Shown here: positions 29,627-32,000 of the stretch, in pieces
Position numbering within the stretch: position 1 is the first letter of the stretch
Layout: each line of letters begins with the position of its first letter
From: Aliivibrio fischeri ES114
GTDB lineage: Bacteria > Pseudomonadota > Gammaproteobacteria > Enterobacterales > Vibrionaceae
Strand: one strand, 5' to 3'
NCBI RefSeq assembly: GCF_000011805.1
Contig: NC_006840.2
Length of the DNA: 32,000 nt
Made by a program: the position numbers and the translations under genes
The notes under the pieces: generated by a model
What the model saw: the letters and a program-made list of their open reading frames with translations, nothing else
Database searches by the model: none
What the model was told of the DNA's origin: nothing

Positions 29627-31720
29627 TTAGTTACCAACAGCTTGAACAATTCTAATTTGTTTCTCATCAGGGATCTCTTGGTAAGAGAGAACTCGTAAGT
29701 TTGGAATCGTATTCTTCACAAACTTAGCTAATGTCGAACGTAATACCCCTGATGTTAACAGCACAGCTGCTTCGCCTTTTAACTCTTGCTCTTGAGTCGC
29801 TTGAGTTAATGATGCTTGCAGACGTTCTGCTAACCCTGGCTCAATACCAGTGGTCTCACCACCAGATGCCTGCATAGTTTGATGCAAGATTTGTTCCAAT
29901 TCAGGAATCAGAGTAATAACTGGCATTTCAGCCTCTATCCCATTGATTTCCTGAACAATTAATCGTTTTAATGAAATTCGAACAGCCGCCGTCAAAATGT
30001 CAGGTTCTTGACTTTTTGGCGCATATTCAGACAAAGTTTGGACAATGGTTCGAATATCACGAATTGGAATTGCTTCATTCAATAAATTCTGAAGCACTTT
30101 TACAACCGCACCCAGAGGTAATTGATCAGGAACCAGACCCTCAACTAACTTAGGTGAGCTCTGCGCCAACAACTCAAGTAAGTTCTGAACTTCTTCGTGA
30201 CCTAACAGCTGAGCTGCATTATTTGTTAATAACTGACTTAAGTGCGTTGCCAGTACTGTTGCTGCATCTACTACAGTATAGCCTAATGCTTGAGCGTGCT
30301 CTCTTTGCTCTTCATTAATCCAAACCGCTTCTAATCCAAACGCTGGATCAAATGTTGGTTCACCTTCAATCGAACCATAAACCTGACCTGGATTGATAGC
30401 CAATTCTTTATCAGGACGAATTTCTGCTTCACCACCAGCTACGCCCATTAGAGTAATACGATATACGTTTGGCGGTAATTCTAAGTTATCTCGAATATGT
30501 ACAGCAGGTACTAAGAAGCCAAAATCTTGAGATAGCTTCTTACGAACCCCTTTCACACGATCAAGTAATTCACCACCTTGCTCTTTATCTACCATAGGGA
30601 TCAAGCGGTAACCCACTTCTAAACCAATAACATCAACAGGTTGAACGTCATCCCATGATAATTCTTTTGGTTGTGAAGCCGACAGTTCCATTGGTGGTGC
30701 AGCTTTCTGCTCTTCGCTTTCTTGCTCTTTTTTCTTGGTTAAATAATACGACCAACCACCCGCTAATAATGCCAATAAGATGAATGGAAAATGGGGCATA
30801 CCAGGAACGATACCCATAACAAACATGATACCTGCTGTTACCATTAATGCTTTGGGATTATCAACTAATTGGAAAACCAGTTGTTCACCCATATCTTCAT
30901 CGGTGTTTTGGCGAGTAACCATAATAGCGGCACCAATCGATAAAAGAAGTGATGGAATTTGAGCAACCAAGCCATCACCAATCGTTAGCAATGTGTAGAT
31001 TTGAATCGCTTCACCAAAGCCAAGATTGAATTGCGCCATACCTATGGCAAGGCCACCAATGATGTTAATAAATAGAATAAGAATACCGGCGATGGCATCC
31101 CCTTTTACGAATTTAGAAGCACCGTCCATTGAACCATAAAAGTCCGCTTCTTTTGTCACTTCAAAACGACGAATACGTGCTTGATCTTGGTCAATCAAGC
31201 CTGCGTTTAAATCGGCATCGATCGCCATTTGTTTACCTGGTAATGCATCCAAGGTAAAACGAGCACTGACTTCAGAAATACGACCCGCACCTTTGGTTAC
31301 AACCATGAAGTTAATGATCATTAGGATAATGAATACAATTAAACCAACCGCATAGTTACCACCGATAACCACATTACCAAAAGCATCGATAACGTGACCT
31401 GCGGCACCAGGCCCTTCATGACCATGTAAAAGAACCACTCGTGTTGAAGCAACGTTCAAAGCAAGACGTAATAGTGTTGATACCAGAAGTATCGTCGGAA
31501 ACGCTGCAAAATCCAGAGGTCGGCGGGTATAGATAGTCACAAGTAACACCACCATGGCTAAGGCAATGTTAAAGGTAAACATTAAATCGAGTAAGAAGGC
31601 CGGTATGGGTAAAATTACCATTGCCAGTGTGGACAACACTAATACAGGTACACCGATTGGTGGTATACCTCGCCCCTGTAGAGCTGATAATTTATTTGGC
31701 AGCGGAATTGGAAATTTCAT
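29627..31720 (-). CDS. flhA: Flagellar type III export protein FlhA
   Basis: 697 aa with the FHIPEP-family segment RISEVSARFTLDALPGKQMAIDADLNAGLIDQDQARIRR and the N-terminal multi-TM region. Confidence 0.97.
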   Translation of the reverse strand: MKFPIPLPNKLSALQGRGIPPIGVPVLVLSTLAMVILPIPAFLLDLMFTFNIALAMVVLLVTIYTRRPLDFAAFPTILLVSTLLRLALNVASTRVVLLHGHEGPGAAGHVIDAFGNVVIGGNYAVGLIVFIILMIINFMVVTKGAGRISEVSARFTLDALPGKQMAIDADLNAGLIDQDQARIRRFEVTKEADFYGSMDGASKFVKGDAIAGILILFINIIGGLAIGMAQFNLGFGEAIQIYTLLTIGDGLVAQIPSLLLSIGAAIMVTRQNTDEDMGEQLVFQLVDNPKALMVTAGIMFVMGIVPGMPHFPFILLALLAGGWSYYLTKKKEQESEEQKAAPPMELSASQPKELSWDDVQPVDVIGLEVGYRLIPMVDKEQGGELLDRVKGVRKKLSQDFGFLVPAVHIRDNLELPPNVYRITLMGVAGGEAEIRPDKELAINPGQVYGSIEGEPTFDPAFGLEAVWINEEQREHAQALGYTVVDAATVLATHLSQLLTNNAAQLLGHEEVQNLLELLAQSSPKLVEGLVPDQLPLGAVVKVLQNLLNEAIPIRDIRTIVQTLSEYAPKSQEPDILTAAVRISLKRLIVQEINGIEAEMPVITLIPELEQILHQTMQASGGETTGIEPGLAERLQASLTQATQEQELKGEAAVLLTSGVLRSTLAKFVKNTIPNLRVLSYQEIPDEKQIRIVQAVGN

Positions 31721-31799
31721 TAACTTCTACTTCTTCTAAACTCGTATTTCTTACGAAATAAATATTAAGTGACTAATAGCGTAATTACTTTGCTACTAA

Positions 31800-31815
31800 A
31801 GCAAATTTCGAGCCA
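31800..31815 (-). promoter_or_regulatory. Candidate sigma-54 (RpoN) promoter for the flhA operon
   Basis: The minus strand reads TGGCTCGAAATTTGCT: GG-N10-GC spacing and close to TGGCAC-N5-TTGCA; about 80 nt upstream of the flhA start. Confidence 0.6.
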
Positions 31816-31938
31816 GATTAATGTCACTTTTTTGGCTTGTTCTCGCTCCTTTTTTGGCATATTAGCACAATCTTGCAAATTCAATACTAACTATTTAATT
31901 TTAAAAGAAAAATAAGAAACTTAATTGAAAAAAATGCG

Positions 31939-31984
31939 GTTCTTTGTATAATTAATCCTTTGTTCTTTGTATAATTAACCCTTT
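31939..31984 (+). repeat. Tandem 23-bp direct repeat, two copies with one mismatch, each containing TATAAT
   Basis: GTTCTTTGTATAATTAATCCTTT (31939-31961) followed directly by GTTCTTTGTATAATTAACCCTTT (31962-31984). Confidence 0.95.
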
Positions 31985-32000
31985 ATTTATTTCTTGGTGT

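Noticed and set aside
19158-31720. Possible novel ParA-containing partition or defence system (parC, parP)
   Set aside because: The ParA-like gene and CheW-like neighbour sit in the known vibrio chemotaxis operon and match the described ParC/ParP polar localization system.

Overview
This 32 kb window looks like a conserved Vibrionaceae chromosome segment, with Aliivibrio-like gene content and order (inference). From left to right it contains: the 3' part of an insulinase-family (M16) protease gene; fadIJ; a long non-coding gap; two tandem fadL paralogues; a YjdF/DUF2238-type membrane protein gene; mlaA (vacJ); a complete cytochrome c maturation operon (ccmA-I); and a chemotaxis/flagellar operon (flhA, flhF, flhG, fliA, cheY, cheZ, cheA, cheB, parC, parP, cheW, DUF2802). 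I see no CRISPR array, prophage, transposon, rRNA or tRNA. The main novelty lead is non-coding. The 845 bp gap between fadI and fadL1 carries what looks like a complete minus-strand small-RNA gene of about 155 nt, with an FNR-like box near -41, a -10 element, a structured 5' end, a pyrimidine-rich anti-Shine-Dalgarno-like stretch and a strong intrinsic terminator. Other leads are three FadR-like operators (fadI, fadL1, fadL2), a three-copy acidic repeat in the CheA linker that may be the ParP-binding region, a sigma-54-like promoter upstream of flhA, a 23-bp tandem repeat carrying TATAAT, a GTTTCAG heptamer array able to fold into a 12-bp stem, and loss of the NPA proline in both FadL proteins. 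All calls are from reading the sequence; no database search was run.
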